DNA from: an uncultured Planctomycetales bacterium
Lineage (GTDB): Bacteria; Omnitrophota; Gorgyraeia; Zapsychrales; JBDRMG01
Length of the DNA: 64,000 bases
Direction: 5' to 3'
Assembly: GCA_964478715.1 (NCBI GenBank)
Contig: CAYZIY010000001.1
Coordinates: forward strand, 73,088-137,087
Below the pieces are notes generated by a model. That model saw only the letters and a program-made list of their open reading frames with translations. It was not told where the DNA came from and ran no database searches. How positions within the stretch are numbered: the first letter of the stretch is position 1; each line of letters begins with the position of its first letter. Positions 1 to 11,249 of this stretch are shown here, in pieces. A program made the position numbers and the translations under genes.

Positions 1-1
1 T

Positions 2-928
2 GAACCGATCTGGGTTGAAAAAGACGGTTCGACATTATTGGGTCTGCCTTCGTCCGGTTTAAAGATTTCCTATCTGCTGGATTATTCTCATACAGGTATC
101 CAAGCTCAGTTTATCAATCTTAAAATTTGCGCTGATACATTTGAGAGGGAAGTGGCTCCTTCGCGAACTTTTTGTCTGGAAAATGAAGCGGAATTGTTGA
201 AAAAAAGCGGACTGGGAAAGGGGGCTAATTACGAAAATACCCTCGTCATCAGCGAGAAAGGCGTCAAAAATAATACGGTGCGCTTTGAGAACGAACTGGC
301 CCGACATAAGATTCTGGACTTTGTCGGTGATGTTTATCTTCTGGGTTTACCTATTAAAGCCCAGGTTTTTGCCGTCAAAAGCGGCCATGCTCTGAACCTG
401 GCTTTTTTGAAGAAGGTGGCTGAGCAAATCAGAAAATATCAAGAACAGTCAGTAAAAAATTTTATTTCTTTTGATCAAGAGACAATCTTGGATATCAAGA
501 AAATTATGAGTATTTTGCCGCATCGCTATCCGTTTCTTTTGGTTGACCGTGTGATAGATTTGCAATCCGGGAAAAAGGCCGTCGGTATAAAAAATGTTAC
601 GGTCAATGACCAATTTTTCAACGGACATTTCCCTTCCCGCCCTATTATGCCGGGTGTTTTGATGGTCGAGGCAATGGCTCAAGTAGCGGGCATCGCCCTT
701 TTAACCGATCCCCAGCATTCATCGCAGTGGGCCCTTTTTATGGCGGCCAATAATGTGAAATTCCGAAAGATGGTTGTTCCCGGTGATCAGTTAATCATGG
801 AAGCCGAAATCATGCGGATGCGATCCAAAATAGCTCAGGCTCACGGAACGGTCCGAGTTAACGGGGAAGTGGTGGCGGAAACGGACTTAGTGTTTTCTTT
901 TATGGAAGAGGATTTTCTTAGAACATGA
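2..928 (+). CDS. lpxC-fabZ: Bifunctional LpxC-FabZ fusion (5' truncated by window edge)
   Basis: The frame is open from base 2. LpxC C-terminal motifs (APSRTF, RFENELARHKILD, KSGH) are followed in frame by FabZ motifs (LPHRYPFLLVDRV, FFNGHFP, PGVLMVEAMAQ). Confidence 0.95.
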   Translation, partial: EPIWVEKDGSTLLGLPSSGLKISYLLDYSHTGIQAQFINLKICADTFEREVAPSRTFCLENEAELLKKSGLGKGANYENTLVISEKGVKNNTVRFENELARHKILDFVGDVYLLGLPIKAQVFAVKSGHALNLAFLKKVAEQIRKYQEQSVKNFISFDQETILDIKKIMSILPHRYPFLLVDRVIDLQSGKKAVGIKNVTVNDQFFNGHFPSRPIMPGVLMVEAMAQVAGIALLTDPQHSSQWALFMAANNVKFRKMVVPGDQLIMEAEIMRMRSKIAQAHGTVRVNGEVVAETDLVFSFMEEDFLRT

Positions 929-1713
929 TGGATACGGAAACGCAAATACATCCAACGGCTATTATTTATCCCGGAGCTAAATTGGCTGCTGGTGTCAGCG
1001 TAGGCCCTCATAGCGTCATCGGAAGCGATGTGCATATCAAAGAAAATACGAAAATAGGATGTTTCTGTCTAATTGAAGGTCGTGCGATCATTGGTCGCGA
1101 CTGTCATGTTTTTTCCGGGGCTGTCGTTGGCAGTATTCCGCAGGATAAAAAGTTTAAAACAGAAGAAGAAACATATTTGGAAATTGGAGACCGCAATATT
1201 ATTCGGGAATATGTTACGATCAATCCCGGTACCGGCGAAGGCGGGAAAACGATTATCGGTCACGACAATCTCTTTATGGCCTACTCCCATATTGCCCATG
1301 ACTGCCTGATTGGCAATCACTGTGTAGTGGCCAATAGCGGAACTTTAGCCGGTCATGTCACTTTAGAAGACAGGGCGGTTGTCGGCGGATTAACCGCTAT
1401 ACATCAGTTTGTTCGCTTGGGGAAAATGTGCATTGTCGGAGGTTGTTCCAAGGTTGTGCAGGATACCCCTCCATTTTCTCTCTGCGACGGTCATCCGGTT
1501 AAAGTTTACAGCTTGAATCTGGTTGGTCTGAAAAGAGCCAAAATGTCTCCGGAGACAATCAAGATATTGCGCAAGGCTTTCAAAATCTTGTTTTTTTCCG
1601 GTTTGACGAAGAAAACGGCGGTTGTCAAAATCCAAAACGAATTATCTGTCACTCCTGAGATCGAACACCTGATCACCTTTATTAATACCTCCAGACGAGG
1701 CCTGTGCCGTTGA
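925..1713 (+). CDS. lpxA: UDP-N-acetylglucosamine O-acyltransferase
   Basis: Hexapeptide repeats; PQDKKF, HIAHDC, LAGHV and HQFVRLG motifs; follows fabZ. Confidence 0.95.
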   Translation: MMDTETQIHPTAIIYPGAKLAAGVSVGPHSVIGSDVHIKENTKIGCFCLIEGRAIIGRDCHVFSGAVVGSIPQDKKFKTEEETYLEIGDRNIIREYVTINPGTGEGGKTIIGHDNLFMAYSHIAHDCLIGNHCVVANSGTLAGHVTLEDRAVVGGLTAIHQFVRLGKMCIVGGCSKVVQDTPPFSLCDGHPVKVYSLNLVGLKRAKMSPETIKILRKAFKILFFSGLTKKTAVVKIQNELSVTPEIEHLITFINTSRRGLCR

Positions 1714-1721
1714 ATTCCTTC

Positions 1722-2537
1722 ATGAAAGATCTTCCCGGAAAAGTCGGTCTGATTGCCGGAAACGGAAAATTTCCTCTGCTTTTTGCGAGGGAAGCCAAAC
1801 AGAGAGGAAAAAAAGTAATCGCTGTGGGGATCAAGGGTGATACTCCGTTTTTACTGAAATTTCTAGTCGATCAAATGGTGTGGGTTGGACCCGGTGAATT
1901 AACAAAACTGTTCTCCTTTTTTAAAGACGCCTGTGTTTCTCACGTGATTATGGCCGGACAAGTTAATCCGGCTAATTTATTTGATAGCCATATTGCGCCT
2001 GACAGCGAATTCAAGAAGTTATTTGACGCTATGCATGATCGCAAGGCGGATACAATCTTTTCGGCCGTGGCGGACCGCCTTAAAGAAGAAGGATTGCAGC
2101 TTCTGGATTCCACGCTGCTCGTAGAAGACTATCTGGCGCCAAAAGGAACTCTGACCCGCAGAGCTCCGACGATCAGTGAGCTTAAAGATATTGCTTTTGG
2201 ACAAGAGATTGCCCGGGCTATGGGATCACTGGATGTCGGTCAGACGGTTGTGGTCAAGGAAAAAGCGATCGTAGCCATTGAAGCCATGGAGGGGACCGAT
2301 AGAACAATTTTAAGAGGAGGATGCTTCGTCCGACGGGGAGCGGTGGTCGTGAAAATGAGTAAGCCGGGTCAGGATTTACGTTTTGATATTCCTGTCATCG
2401 GACCCCGGACTATTAAGAATATGATCAGGGCCAAGGCGGCATGCTTAGCCATCGAATCGGGTAAAACGCTGATTATTGATTTTGAAAAATGCGTGAAGAT
2501 GTGTAATAAAGCGAGAATAAGCCTGGTTGCCGCGTAA
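1722..2537 (+). CDS. lpxI: UDP-2,3-diacylglucosamine pyrophosphatase
   Basis: GLIAGNGKFP, DVGQTVV, AIEAMEGTD and QDLRFDIPVIG motifs. Start codon uncertain (1704-1722). Confidence 0.9.
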   Translation: MKDLPGKVGLIAGNGKFPLLFAREAKQRGKKVIAVGIKGDTPFLLKFLVDQMVWVGPGELTKLFSFFKDACVSHVIMAGQVNPANLFDSHIAPDSEFKKLFDAMHDRKADTIFSAVADRLKEEGLQLLDSTLLVEDYLAPKGTLTRRAPTISELKDIAFGQEIARAMGSLDVGQTVVVKEKAIVAIEAMEGTDRTILRGGCFVRRGAVVVKMSKPGQDLRFDIPVIGPRTIKNMIRAKAACLAIESGKTLIIDFEKCVKMCNKARISLVAA

Positions 2538-2552
2538 AAAAAAGGAGAGAAT

Positions 2553-2888
2553 ATGACGTATTTAGAATTGCTTAATAATATTAAAGAAATTTCTTATGCG
2601 GAAATTCGTGAAGATAGTGAGAATTATCTGGAAGCCGTTTTTACAAATGACAAAGAAAAACAGATTAGCGATACACTCTCCTCTTTTTTTCAAACTCCCT
2701 ATAAACCGGCAGGCCAGGATCCCTCAAAAGAAGCCCTTGAACAGACCACGGAGTGGGGCGGAATACGAAAAGATCAGACGCTTTATTTGCGTGAACAAGA
2801 AGGACTCCTTTATTGTGCCATGCTATGGCCCTGGTCTGACCAAGAGCATACGACTCTTAAAATTGCCCAGTTCCAGCAAAAGAAGTAG
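2553..2888 (+). CDS. Hypothetical protein (111 aa)
   Basis: AAGGAG Shine-Dalgarno upstream and protein-like composition; no family recognised. Confidence 0.75.
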   Translation: MTYLELLNNIKEISYAEIREDSENYLEAVFTNDKEKQISDTLSSFFQTPYKPAGQDPSKEALEQTTEWGGIRKDQTLYLREQEGLLYCAMLWPWSDQEHTTLKIAQFQQKK

Positions 2889-2980
2889 CTATCCCTATCG
2901 TCTGAAAGAATTTTCTATGAAATAATTGTAACTTTATTTGTTTCATAATGTTGCGATTATTTTCATTCGCAGTCTTTTGA

Positions 2981-3009
2981 TTGACACCCATTTTTGTTTT
3001 CTATATAAT
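2981..3009 (+). promoter_or_regulatory. Consensus sigma70 promoter for the lysS-alr run
   Basis: TTGACA (2981-2986), 17-nt spacer, TATAAT (3004-3009). Confidence 0.85.
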
Positions 3010-3046
3010 AAAATACTTAATATTACTATAAATTAAGGATGGTCAA

Positions 3047-4492
3047 ATGGATGCCCAAGAAATCAAAATGATTAGAATAAAAAAGCTCGAAGATCTTTAT
3101 CAAAAAGGAATTTACCCTTATGGTGGAAAATTCTTGCGCAGCAATTCTATCGCTCAAATTCTTGAGGATTTTCAAGAAAATAATAAAGTTGTCATAGCCG
3201 GACGCGTTATGGCCAATCGTAAGCACGGCAAAGTACTGTTTGTTGACCTGCAAGATCAAAGCGGAAAAATTCAGCTTTATATTAAAGCCGATCATGTGGG
3301 CGAAGATCAATTTCAACTTGTTGCTGATTTAGATATCGGTGATATTATTGGAGTCGAGGGAGAGCTGTTTAAAACCCGTACCGGACAGGAGAGTGTGCGC
3401 GCTACTCGGATGACCGTTTTGAGCAAATCCCTGATGACGCTGCCCGAAAAGTGGCATGGATTGAAGGATGTTGAAGTACGCTATCGTCAGCGCTACATTG
3501 ATCTGATTGTTAATCAAGATGTTCGGGAAGTTTTTCGCAAAAGAAGTTCGATCATCAGTTTTATCCGCAGGTTTTTAGATCAGCGCGGTTTTTTGGAGGT
3601 GGAAACTCCTATGTTGCAGCCGATGGCCGGAGGGGCTCGCGGCCGACCGTTTGAAAGTAAGCACAATGCCTATGATATGGATGTTTATTTGCGTATCGCT
3701 CCCGAACTTTATTTAAAGAGATTACTCGTTGGTGGACTTGAAAAGGTTTATGAGATAAACAGGAATTTCAGAAACGAAGGGGTCTCAACTCGCCACAATC
3801 CGGAATTCACTATGCTCGAAGTCTATGAAGCATACGCGGATTTCAGCGATATGATGAGGCTGACCGAAGAGATGATCAGTAGTTTGGTCAAGGATCTTTA
3901 CGGTTCTTATGCAATCAGATATCAGGATCAGAAAATCGATTTCTCCCCTCCGTGGCAGCGTCGTTCGTTTGCCGAGATGGTGAAAGAAAAATTCGATATC
4001 AATCCCGAAGATGACGCGAAAACAATGTTTGAGAAAGTCAGAGAAAAACGGAAAGTCAAGGGTGTGGATAAGCTGACGCGTTCGGCGGTGATGAAGATTG
4101 TAGAGGATTTACTCGAAGAGGAGGCAACGATCCAGCCGGTTTTCTTTACCGATTATTTTTCATTTCTCTGTCCGTTAGCTAAAACGCATCCAAATAATCC
4201 ATTGGTTTCTCAGCGTTTTGAACTTTTTATTTGCGGGTTAGAAGTAGGCAATGCTTACTCCGAGCTGAATGATCCCCAAGAGCAACGTAAGCGCTTGCTG
4301 GACGATCTTAAGGATGATACAGAAACGGGCTTACGTTCTATTGATGAAGATTTTGTCCATGCCTTAGAATATGGGATGCCTCCGGCGGGAGGATTAGGGA
4401 TAGGTGTAGATCGACTGGCGATGATTTTAACAAATGCGCCCTCCATTCGGGACGTGATCTTGTTTCCTTTGATGAAGCCGCAACAGACATGA
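3047..4492 (+). CDS. lysS: Lysine--tRNA ligase (class II)
   Basis: OB fold; LRIAPELYLKRL, FRNEG-HNPEFTMLE and YGMPPAGGLGIGVDRL motifs. Confidence 0.97.
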   Translation: MDAQEIKMIRIKKLEDLYQKGIYPYGGKFLRSNSIAQILEDFQENNKVVIAGRVMANRKHGKVLFVDLQDQSGKIQLYIKADHVGEDQFQLVADLDIGDIIGVEGELFKTRTGQESVRATRMTVLSKSLMTLPEKWHGLKDVEVRYRQRYIDLIVNQDVREVFRKRSSIISFIRRFLDQRGFLEVETPMLQPMAGGARGRPFESKHNAYDMDVYLRIAPELYLKRLLVGGLEKVYEINRNFRNEGVSTRHNPEFTMLEVYEAYADFSDMMRLTEEMISSLVKDLYGSYAIRYQDQKIDFSPPWQRRSFAEMVKEKFDINPEDDAKTMFEKVREKRKVKGVDKLTRSAVMKIVEDLLEEEATIQPVFFTDYFSFLCPLAKTHPNNPLVSQRFELFICGLEVGNAYSELNDPQEQRKRLLDDLKDDTETGLRSIDEDFVHALEYGMPPAGGLGIGVDRLAMILTNAPSIRDVILFPLMKPQQT

Positions 4493-5688
4493 ATATTGAA
4501 GGTCTTATTAGTTATCGTTATTTGACAATTAAAAAAGAACGGTTTTTGTCTGTTATCAATTTTGTCGCGGTGACTGGTGTAGCCATTGGGGTTGCTGCGT
4601 TGATTGTTGTAATTGGGGTGATGACCGGCTTTGATCAGGAATTGAGAGACAAAATCATCGGAACAAATTCTCATATTGTTATTGAGAAAGAAGTCGGCAT
4701 TCGCGATTATCAGAAAGTTCGCTCGGCTATTGCAGGTATTGAGGGAATCGAAGCGACTACTCCTTATATTCAGGGGCATGTCTTTATCGAAGTCGAAAAT
4801 CAGGTTGTTCCTGTGAGCTTAAGAGGTGTTGAGCCGAAAAGCGGAATACACGTGACGGATTTTGAACAGTATCTCAAAGAAGGGAACCTGCAGGGGTTAA
4901 GCGGTGATCAAGTTTTCATCGGTAGTGAATTTTCCCGGTATTTCGGTTATCAATTGGGTGATGAAATCATGGTGATTTCGCCTAAATCGGGGTTAAGTGG
5001 AGAGGGCTGGCGTTATCAGTTGACAGTTGCCGGGATTTTTTCATCGGGGAAATATGATTATGATATGAATCTCGCTCTGGTTTCGATTCCAATGGCCCAG
5101 CAGATTTTTCATTTTCCCGATGATTTAGCGACAGGGATTGCTGTGAAGCTCAAAGATATTTATCAGGCCAAGGAGATCAAGCAGGAAGTTCTCGAGCGAT
5201 TGGGTTTTGCTTTCTTGGTGAGAACCTGGATAGAGTCTAATCAGAATTTCTTTTCGGCTTTGGCTTTAGAGAAATTCGCTATGTTTGTCATTCTGGCTTT
5301 GATTATTCTGGTCGCGTCTTTTAATATCGTTAGTACACTGATTGTGACTGTTTCCAGCAAAACCAAGGACATCGGGATCTTAAAATCCATCGGGGTTTCC
5401 AAAAGTTCTATTATACGGATTTTCACCATCCAGGGAATCATGATCGGGCTATCCGGAATTTTTTGGGGATTATGCGGGGGTCTCGGTTTAAGCTATTTGT
5501 TAAAGAGATATCAATTTATACAGATCCCCCAGGATATTTATTATTTTGACAAACTGCCGGTTGTTTTAGAGCTTGGGGATTTATTGGCTATCGTCAGCTG
5601 TGCCCTTATTATCAGTTATTTGGCAACGATTTATCCGGCTTGGAAAGCGGCTAATCTTCAGCCGGTCCATGCGTTGAGGTACGAATAG
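4489..5688 (+). CDS. lolE: Lipoprotein-releasing ABC transporter permease LolC/E
   Basis: GVAIGVAALIVVIGVMTGF; MacB/FtsX architecture; ATIYPAWKAA...LRYE ending; adjacent to lolD. Confidence 0.9.
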   Translation: MNIEGLISYRYLTIKKERFLSVINFVAVTGVAIGVAALIVVIGVMTGFDQELRDKIIGTNSHIVIEKEVGIRDYQKVRSAIAGIEGIEATTPYIQGHVFIEVENQVVPVSLRGVEPKSGIHVTDFEQYLKEGNLQGLSGDQVFIGSEFSRYFGYQLGDEIMVISPKSGLSGEGWRYQLTVAGIFSSGKYDYDMNLALVSIPMAQQIFHFPDDLATGIAVKLKDIYQAKEIKQEVLERLGFAFLVRTWIESNQNFFSALALEKFAMFVILALIILVASFNIVSTLIVTVSSKTKDIGILKSIGVSKSSIIRIFTIQGIMIGLSGIFWGLCGGLGLSYLLKRYQFIQIPQDIYYFDKLPVVLELGDLLAIVSCALIISYLATIYPAWKAANLQPVHALRYE

Positions 5689-5689
5689 C

Positions 5690-6358
5690 ATGATAAAAGC
5701 CAGCAATGTTCACAAGACCTTTGAGCAGCTTGCCCAGCCATTGCATGTGTTAAAAGGGATCAACTTGGAGCTATCGGCAGGCGATTTTATTTCCATCTCA
5801 GGCCCTTCCGGGGCTGGAAAATCGACGCTGTTGCATATTTTAGGAGGATTGGATCAACCGACGCAAGGACAGGTGATGCTGGAAGGGGAAAACATCCATA
5901 AGCTGAGTGATCGCCGACTTTCGGATATACGAAACAAAAAATTCGGATTTGTTTTTCAGTTTTATCATCTTCTTCCGGAATTCAGCGCAATGGAAAATAT
6001 TTTTCTTCCCGGATTAGTTGCCAAGAATACCGGATTAAAGAGATTGAAAGAAAGAGCTCTTTTTCTTTTAGACCGGGTGGGATTGAAGCAGAGGGCTGAT
6101 CACAGGCCCTATCAGCTCTCGGGAGGCGAGCAGCAACGCGTGGCCATCGCGCGGGCCTTGATGAATGAGCCGGAGCTGATTTTATGCGATGAACCTACTG
6201 GGAATTTGGATTCCCAGTCTGGTCAGGACGTGTTGGCCTTATTGACCCGACTGAATCAAGAAAGTGGCCAGGCCTTGATTATTGTGACGCACGATGAGAA
6301 TCTCGCCGAGAAAGCTCGTAGACGTTTGCGGATTAAAGATGGAGTGATCATTTCATAA
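5690..6358 (+). CDS. lolD: Lipoprotein-releasing ABC ATPase
   Basis: [30 protein letters not shown] and DEPTGNLD motifs. Confidence 0.9.
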   Translation: MIKASNVHKTFEQLAQPLHVLKGINLELSAGDFISISGPSGAGKSTLLHILGGLDQPTQGQVMLEGENIHKLSDRRLSDIRNKKFGFVFQFYHLLPEFSAMENIFLPGLVAKNTGLKRLKERALFLLDRVGLKQRADHRPYQLSGGEQQRVAIARALMNEPELILCDEPTGNLDSQSGQDVLALLTRLNQESGQALIIVTHDENLAEKARRRLRIKDGVIIS

Positions 6359-6374
6359 ACAAGCGAGGAGGCCT

Positions 6375-7238
6375 ATGAAAGTTTATTTAAACGGAAAACT
6401 CGTGGATAGAAAAGAGGCAAAGATTTCTGTGTTTGATCACGGACTCCTTTACGGAGACGGGGTCTTTGAAGGAATCCGATCCTACAATGGCTTGATTCTT
6501 ATGTGCCAGGAGCACATCGAAAGGCTTTATGAGTCAGCCCATACTCTGATGATTAGCATACCCTTGACCAAAAGTCAGATGATTAAGGCTATCATTCAAA
6601 CGCTTAAAGATAATAAGCTCAAAGATGCCTACATTCGCGTGGTGGTCACCCGCGGCGAGGGTGACCTCGGGCTTGATCCGAAGAAATGCAAAGGACAGGG
6701 TAGTGTGATCATCATTACTGATAAAATTGTTCTTTATCCTCCGGCTTTATATCAAAAAGGTTTGGAAATCATTACGGTACCTACTGTGCGCAATCTGCCG
6801 GAGGCTTTGAATCCGCGTTTGAAATCACTCAATTATCTTAATAATATCCTCGCAAAGATTGAGGCGGGAAACAGCGGATTTGATGAAGCGATTATGCTTG
6901 ATCCCCATGGCTTTGTGGCCGAGTGCACCGGGGACAACATTCTCATTGTTAAAAACAATGTGATTAAAACGCCTAGTCAGGGACGCTTAACCGGGATTAC
7001 GAGGGACTGCGTGCTTGATTTGGCAAAGAAAAGCAGGATCAAAACCGAAGAAACGCTCATTACTCGTCATGAAATATATGTGGCTGATGAATGTTTTTTA
7101 ACCGGAACCGCTGCGGAGCTGATTCCTGTTGTCAAAGTGGACGGTCGGGTGATTGGAGGCGGAAAACCCGGGAAAATGACCCTTAAGCTTATGCGTCAAT
7201 TTCGTCAATTGACAAAATCAAAAGGTGTTCGGTATTAA
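6375..7238 (+). CDS. ilvE: Branched-chain amino acid aminotransferase
   Basis: DHGLLYGDGVFEGIR, KSLNYLNNIL, GITR and FLTGTAAE motifs. Confidence 0.93.
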   Translation: MKVYLNGKLVDRKEAKISVFDHGLLYGDGVFEGIRSYNGLILMCQEHIERLYESAHTLMISIPLTKSQMIKAIIQTLKDNKLKDAYIRVVVTRGEGDLGLDPKKCKGQGSVIIITDKIVLYPPALYQKGLEIITVPTVRNLPEALNPRLKSLNYLNNILAKIEAGNSGFDEAIMLDPHGFVAECTGDNILIVKNNVIKTPSQGRLTGITRDCVLDLAKKSRIKTEETLITRHEIYVADECFLTGTAAELIPVVKVDGRVIGGGKPGKMTLKLMRQFRQLTKSKGVRY

Positions 7239-7267
7239 TTTGTTAGCATTCTATTGAGGAAGTGTTT

Positions 7268-7777
7268 ATGCAATGTGATATTTGCCACAAAAAGAAAGCG
7301 ACGGTGCATTTAACGGAAATCGTCGATGAACAGATGACCGAATTGCATCTCTGCGAAGAATGCGCGAGGGAGAAAAGTGTTCAGATGGAACAGCAATTCG
7401 GATTGGCCGACCTTTTGGCCGGCCTTACAGATTTCAGCAAACAAAATAAAAGTGTTGAGAAGGTGAAACTCGTCTGCTCCAAATGCGGCCTCAGCTACGA
7501 AGACTTTCGCAAATTCGGACGTTTAGGATGTAGTGGATGTTATCCGTCTTTTCGCGATCATCTGGGCGTATTGCTTAAACGTATTCACGGATCTAATCGT
7601 CATTTGGGCAAGGCCCCTGTCAAGATGTCCAAGGCTACTCAAAAAGCCGTGTATAGCGCCAAGGACCTCAAGGAGCAGCTTAAAAAGGCGATAGATATGG
7701 AGCAATTCGAAGAGGCGGCAAAAATCAGAGATAAGATCAGGGAACTGGAGCAGAAGAAAAACAAAAAGAAGGAATAA
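7268..7777 (+). CDS. mcsA: McsA activator of protein arginine kinase
   Basis: Four CxxC motifs, GRLGCxxCY, C-terminal UVR domain (FEEAAKIRD). ATG at 7268 follows GAGGA. Confidence 0.93.
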   Translation: MQCDICHKKKATVHLTEIVDEQMTELHLCEECAREKSVQMEQQFGLADLLAGLTDFSKQNKSVEKVKLVCSKCGLSYEDFRKFGRLGCSGCYPSFRDHLGVLLKRIHGSNRHLGKAPVKMSKATQKAVYSAKDLKEQLKKAIDMEQFEEAAKIRDKIRELEQKKNKKKE

Positions 7778-7778
7778 T

Positions 7779-8831
7779 GTGAAACTCGAGCATTTGATTC
7801 ATAATACAGGGGAATGGCTCAAAGGGACGGGTCATAAAGCCAATATTGTTATGTCTTCTCGTATTCGCCTGGCCCGCAATTTGGATAAATACCCATTTCC
7901 CAACAGGGCCAATAAGAAGGCCATGGATGAAGTAATCCAGGTGATCGAGGAAACCATCAAAAAAATTCCGATTTTTAAGGATTCCACTCTCTTTAAAATG
8001 AGTGAGCTAGATAATATCGATAAACAGTTTTTGGTGGAAAGACATTTGATGAGCCATGACCATGCCGGGCAGGGTTATGGACGGGGACTGGTTGTATCTA
8101 AAGAAGAAGTTCTTTCCATGATGATTAACGAAGAAGATCATTTGAGGATTCAGGTTATGCAGTCGGGTTTCAATTTGTTTGAAACTTGGGAGATTATCGA
8201 TGCCATCGATAATTCGCTTTCTAAAGAACTTCAGTTTGCTTTTCTTTCCGACTGGGGTTATTGCACGGCCTGTCCGACCAATACGGGAACAGGAATGCGT
8301 GGTTCGGTGATGTTGCATTTGCCCGCTTTGGTGATGACAAAGCAGATCAATAAAGTTCTCTCGGCAATTTCCAAACTCAGTTTCGCCTCCCGTGGATTTT
8401 ACGGAGAGGGAACGCATTCACACGGTAATTTCTTCCAGATTTCAAATCAGATATCGCTAGGACATAGTGAAACCGAAATCATACAAAATATCAACGGCTT
8501 GATCCGACAAGTGATTGAGCAGGAAGAACAGGCCCGACAGGCCTTGTTGCTGCAGAACCGCTCCATGATGGAAGACAAAATATTTCGTTCATTGGGTGTT
8601 TTAAAAAGTGCTCATATTATTTCGAGCCAGGAAACGGCTGAATTATTATCTATGGTCCGCTTGGGGATCGATATGGGTTTGATTCAAGACGTTAAAAAGA
8701 CGGCTATCAATGAATTGTTTATTATGATTCAACCGGCTCATTTACAAAAAATCGAAGGAAAAAAATTAAGCGCGCCCGAGAGAGATGCCAAGCGCGCTGA
8801 CTTGATCCGTACAAAATTAGGAGGGAAATAA
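7779..8831 (+). CDS. mcsB: Protein arginine kinase
   Basis: SSRIRLARN, INEEDHLRIQ and ACPTNTGTGMRGSVMLHLP motifs. Confidence 0.95.
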   Translation: MKLEHLIHNTGEWLKGTGHKANIVMSSRIRLARNLDKYPFPNRANKKAMDEVIQVIEETIKKIPIFKDSTLFKMSELDNIDKQFLVERHLMSHDHAGQGYGRGLVVSKEEVLSMMINEEDHLRIQVMQSGFNLFETWEIIDAIDNSLSKELQFAFLSDWGYCTACPTNTGTGMRGSVMLHLPALVMTKQINKVLSAISKLSFASRGFYGEGTHSHGNFFQISNQISLGHSETEIIQNINGLIRQVIEQEEQARQALLLQNRSMMEDKIFRSLGVLKSAHIISSQETAELLSMVRLGIDMGLIQDVKKTAINELFIMIQPAHLQKIEGKKLSAPERDAKRADLIRTKLGGK

Positions 8832-11249
8832 ATGTTTAATCGATTTACAGAACGGGCACGAAAAGTGATTGTGCTGGCCAAAGAGGAGGCCAGGCGTCTT
8901 AATCATGATTATATTGGAACGGAACATCTTTTACTGGGTCTGATTCGCGAAGGAGAGGGAGTCGCGGCAGCCGTTTTGCAAAAATTGGGTCTTGATCTTG
9001 AGACTATCCGCATCGAAGTAGAGAAGCTGGTTCAACCGGGACCACAAACGCAGGTTCTAGGCGACATCCCTTTTACGCCTCGCAGTAAAAAATCCTTAGA
9101 ACTTTCCGCCGAAGAGGCGCGTTCTTTGGGGCATAATTATATTGGCACGGAGCATTTGCTTTTAGGTCTAGTTAAGGAAGGCGAGGGGATGGCCTATCGC
9201 GTACTTCTCAATCTAGGATTAGATCTCGATAAGGTTCGCAATGAAGTCCTGACGCTTTTAGGATCAGGGATTCCGGGCTTCGGGAGCCAGGAAACCACCA
9301 AATCCGGCAAGACACCGGCTATCGATGCTTATGGACGAAATTTGAACAAATTGGCCAAAGAAGGCAAGCTGGATCCGGTGATCGGGCGTCAAAATGAGAT
9401 TGAGAGAATTGTCCAGATCCTCAGCCGGCGGACAAAAAATAATCCTGTTCTTTTGGGAGAAGCGGGTGTCGGGAAAACCGCGATTGTCGAAGGGTTAGCT
9501 CAGCTGATTGTCGCCGGAGATGTTCCCGAAATTCTGCGCGGAAAAAGTATTATTGTCTTAGATTTGGCTCTGATGATCGCCGGAACCAAATACCGCGGAC
9601 AATTCGAAGAGCGGATCAAAGCCATCATGGATGAAATCAAGCATTCGGGAAAAATTATCCTGTTTGTCGATGAGCTTCACACGCTCGTTGGGGCCGGAGC
9701 AGCCGAAGGCGCCATTGATGCCGCCAATATCCTGAAACCCGCTTTGGCCCGGGGAGAAATCCAGTGTATCGGTGCTACAACGCTGGATGAATATCGTAAA
9801 CACATTGAGAAAGATGCTGCTTTAGAGCGCCGATTTCAGACGATTATGGTTGAACCTCCGACCGTCGAAGAGGCATTTTTGATCCTCAAAGGACTGCGAG
9901 ATAAATACGAAGCGCATCACAGAGTTAAATTTTCCGATTCGGCGCTGCAAGCAGCGGTGAAATTATCGGATCGCTATATTTCCGGTCGATTTTTGCCGGA
10001 CAAAGCGGTCGATATTTTGGATGAAGCCGGATCGCGAGCCCGTTTAAAAACGATGGTGGTTCCGGCAGAGATTAAGGAAATCGAAGAAGAGATTCAGCAG
10101 CTCAAAAAAGAAAAAGAAGCTTTTATCAAAAGTCAGGATTTTGAAAAGGCGGCGAAAATGCGCGATCAAGAACGGGCTGCCAGAGAGAAGTTGGAACAGA
10201 TGCGATCCGACTGGTCGCAAAAAAGAGATCATGTGACTCCTACGATTGAAGAAGAAGATATAGCGCGCGTGATTTCTCAGTGGACCAAAATTCCGCTGAT
10301 TCGTCTCGAACAGAAAGAAAGTGAAAAGCTTTTAAAAATGGAGGATCATCTGGCTGAATCCGTTATTGGGCAAAGAGAAGCGATCGAAGTGATTGCCCGG
10401 GCTGTGAGGCGATCGCGCGCCAGACTAAAGAATCCAAGGCGACCCAGCGGATCGTTCATCTTTCTGGGTCCGACTGGCGTGGGGAAAACTCTCTTGGCCA
10501 GAGTTTTGGCTGAGTTTATGTTCGGAGACGAAGAAGCGTTGATTCAGATTGATATGTCTGAATATATGGATAAATTCAATGTGTCGCGATTAATCGGAGC
10601 TCCTCCGGGTTATGTCGGCTACGATGAAGGCGGACAGCTTACCGAGAAAGTCCGACGGAGACCGTACAGTGTTATTCTATTGGATGAAATCGAAAAGGCG
10701 CATCCGGATGTTTTTAATATTTTGCTTCAGGTTTTTGAAGACGGACGCCTGACCGATAGCTTTGGCCGAAAAATTGATTTTCGCAATACCATCATTATTA
10801 TGACCTCTAATGTCGGCGCCGATTTGATTCGCAGGAAAGGCGCTTTGGGATTTGCGGCTCACAAGGAAGATGTCGGCTACGAAGACATGAAAGATAAATT
10901 AATGGAAGAAGTCAAGAAAACTTTCAAGCCCGAATTTCTCAATCGCATAGACGATATTATTGTTTTCCGTTCTTTGACGAAAGAGAATCTATATCAGATT
11001 GTGGAACTCGAAATTGAAGAAGTGGCCGAAAGGCTCAAAGAACAGGATATCGAGATCGAGCTCGCTAAGGAAGCGGCCGATTTGCTGGTGGATAAAGGTT
11101 TTGATCCTATTTTTGGCGCGCGTCCCTTAAAGAGGACCATTCAACGCTATATTGAAGATCCTTTGAGCGAAGAGGTCATTTCGGGGAAATTCAAAGAAGG
11201 CAGTAAAGTTAAAATTAAAAGAAAAAAAGACAGTCTTACTTTTGAATAA
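8832..11249 (+). CDS. clpC: ATP-dependent Clp protease ATPase ClpC
   Basis: Two Clp-N repeats, two AAA+ modules ([16 protein letters not shown]), UVR domain and LGF loop. Confidence 0.97.
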   Translation: MFNRFTERARKVIVLAKEEARRLNHDYIGTEHLLLGLIREGEGVAAAVLQKLGLDLETIRIEVEKLVQPGPQTQVLGDIPFTPRSKKSLELSAEEARSLGHNYIGTEHLLLGLVKEGEGMAYRVLLNLGLDLDKVRNEVLTLLGSGIPGFGSQETTKSGKTPAIDAYGRNLNKLAKEGKLDPVIGRQNEIERIVQILSRRTKNNPVLLGEAGVGKTAIVEGLAQLIVAGDVPEILRGKSIIVLDLALMIAGTKYRGQFEERIKAIMDEIKHSGKIILFVDELHTLVGAGAAEGAIDAANILKPALARGEIQCIGATTLDEYRKHIEKDAALERRFQTIMVEPPTVEEAFLILKGLRDKYEAHHRVKFSDSALQAAVKLSDRYISGRFLPDKAVDILDEAGSRARLKTMVVPAEIKEIEEEIQQLKKEKEAFIKSQDFEKAAKMRDQERAAREKLEQMRSDWSQKRDHVTPTIEEEDIARVISQWTKIPLIRLEQKESEKLLKMEDHLAESVIGQREAIEVIARAVRRSRARLKNPRRPSGSFIFLGPTGVGKTLLARVLAEFMFGDEEALIQIDMSEYMDKFNVSRLIGAPPGYVGYDEGGQLTEKVRRRPYSVILLDEIEKAHPDVFNILLQVFEDGRLTDSFGRKIDFRNTIIIMTSNVGADLIRRKGALGFAAHKEDVGYEDMKDKLMEEVKKTFKPEFLNRIDDIIVFRSLTKENLYQIVELEIEEVAERLKEQDIEIELAKEAADLLVDKGFDPIFGARPLKRTIQRYIEDPLSEEVISGKFKEGSKVKIKRKKDSLTFE

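Noticed and set aside
2889-3046. T-box or lysine riboswitch before lysS
   Set aside because: The promoter leaves only about a 30-nt leader, and no T-box motif is present.
7239-7267. CtsR operator or ctsR gene upstream of mcsA
   Set aside because: The gap is only 29 nt and has no GTCAAA direct repeat.
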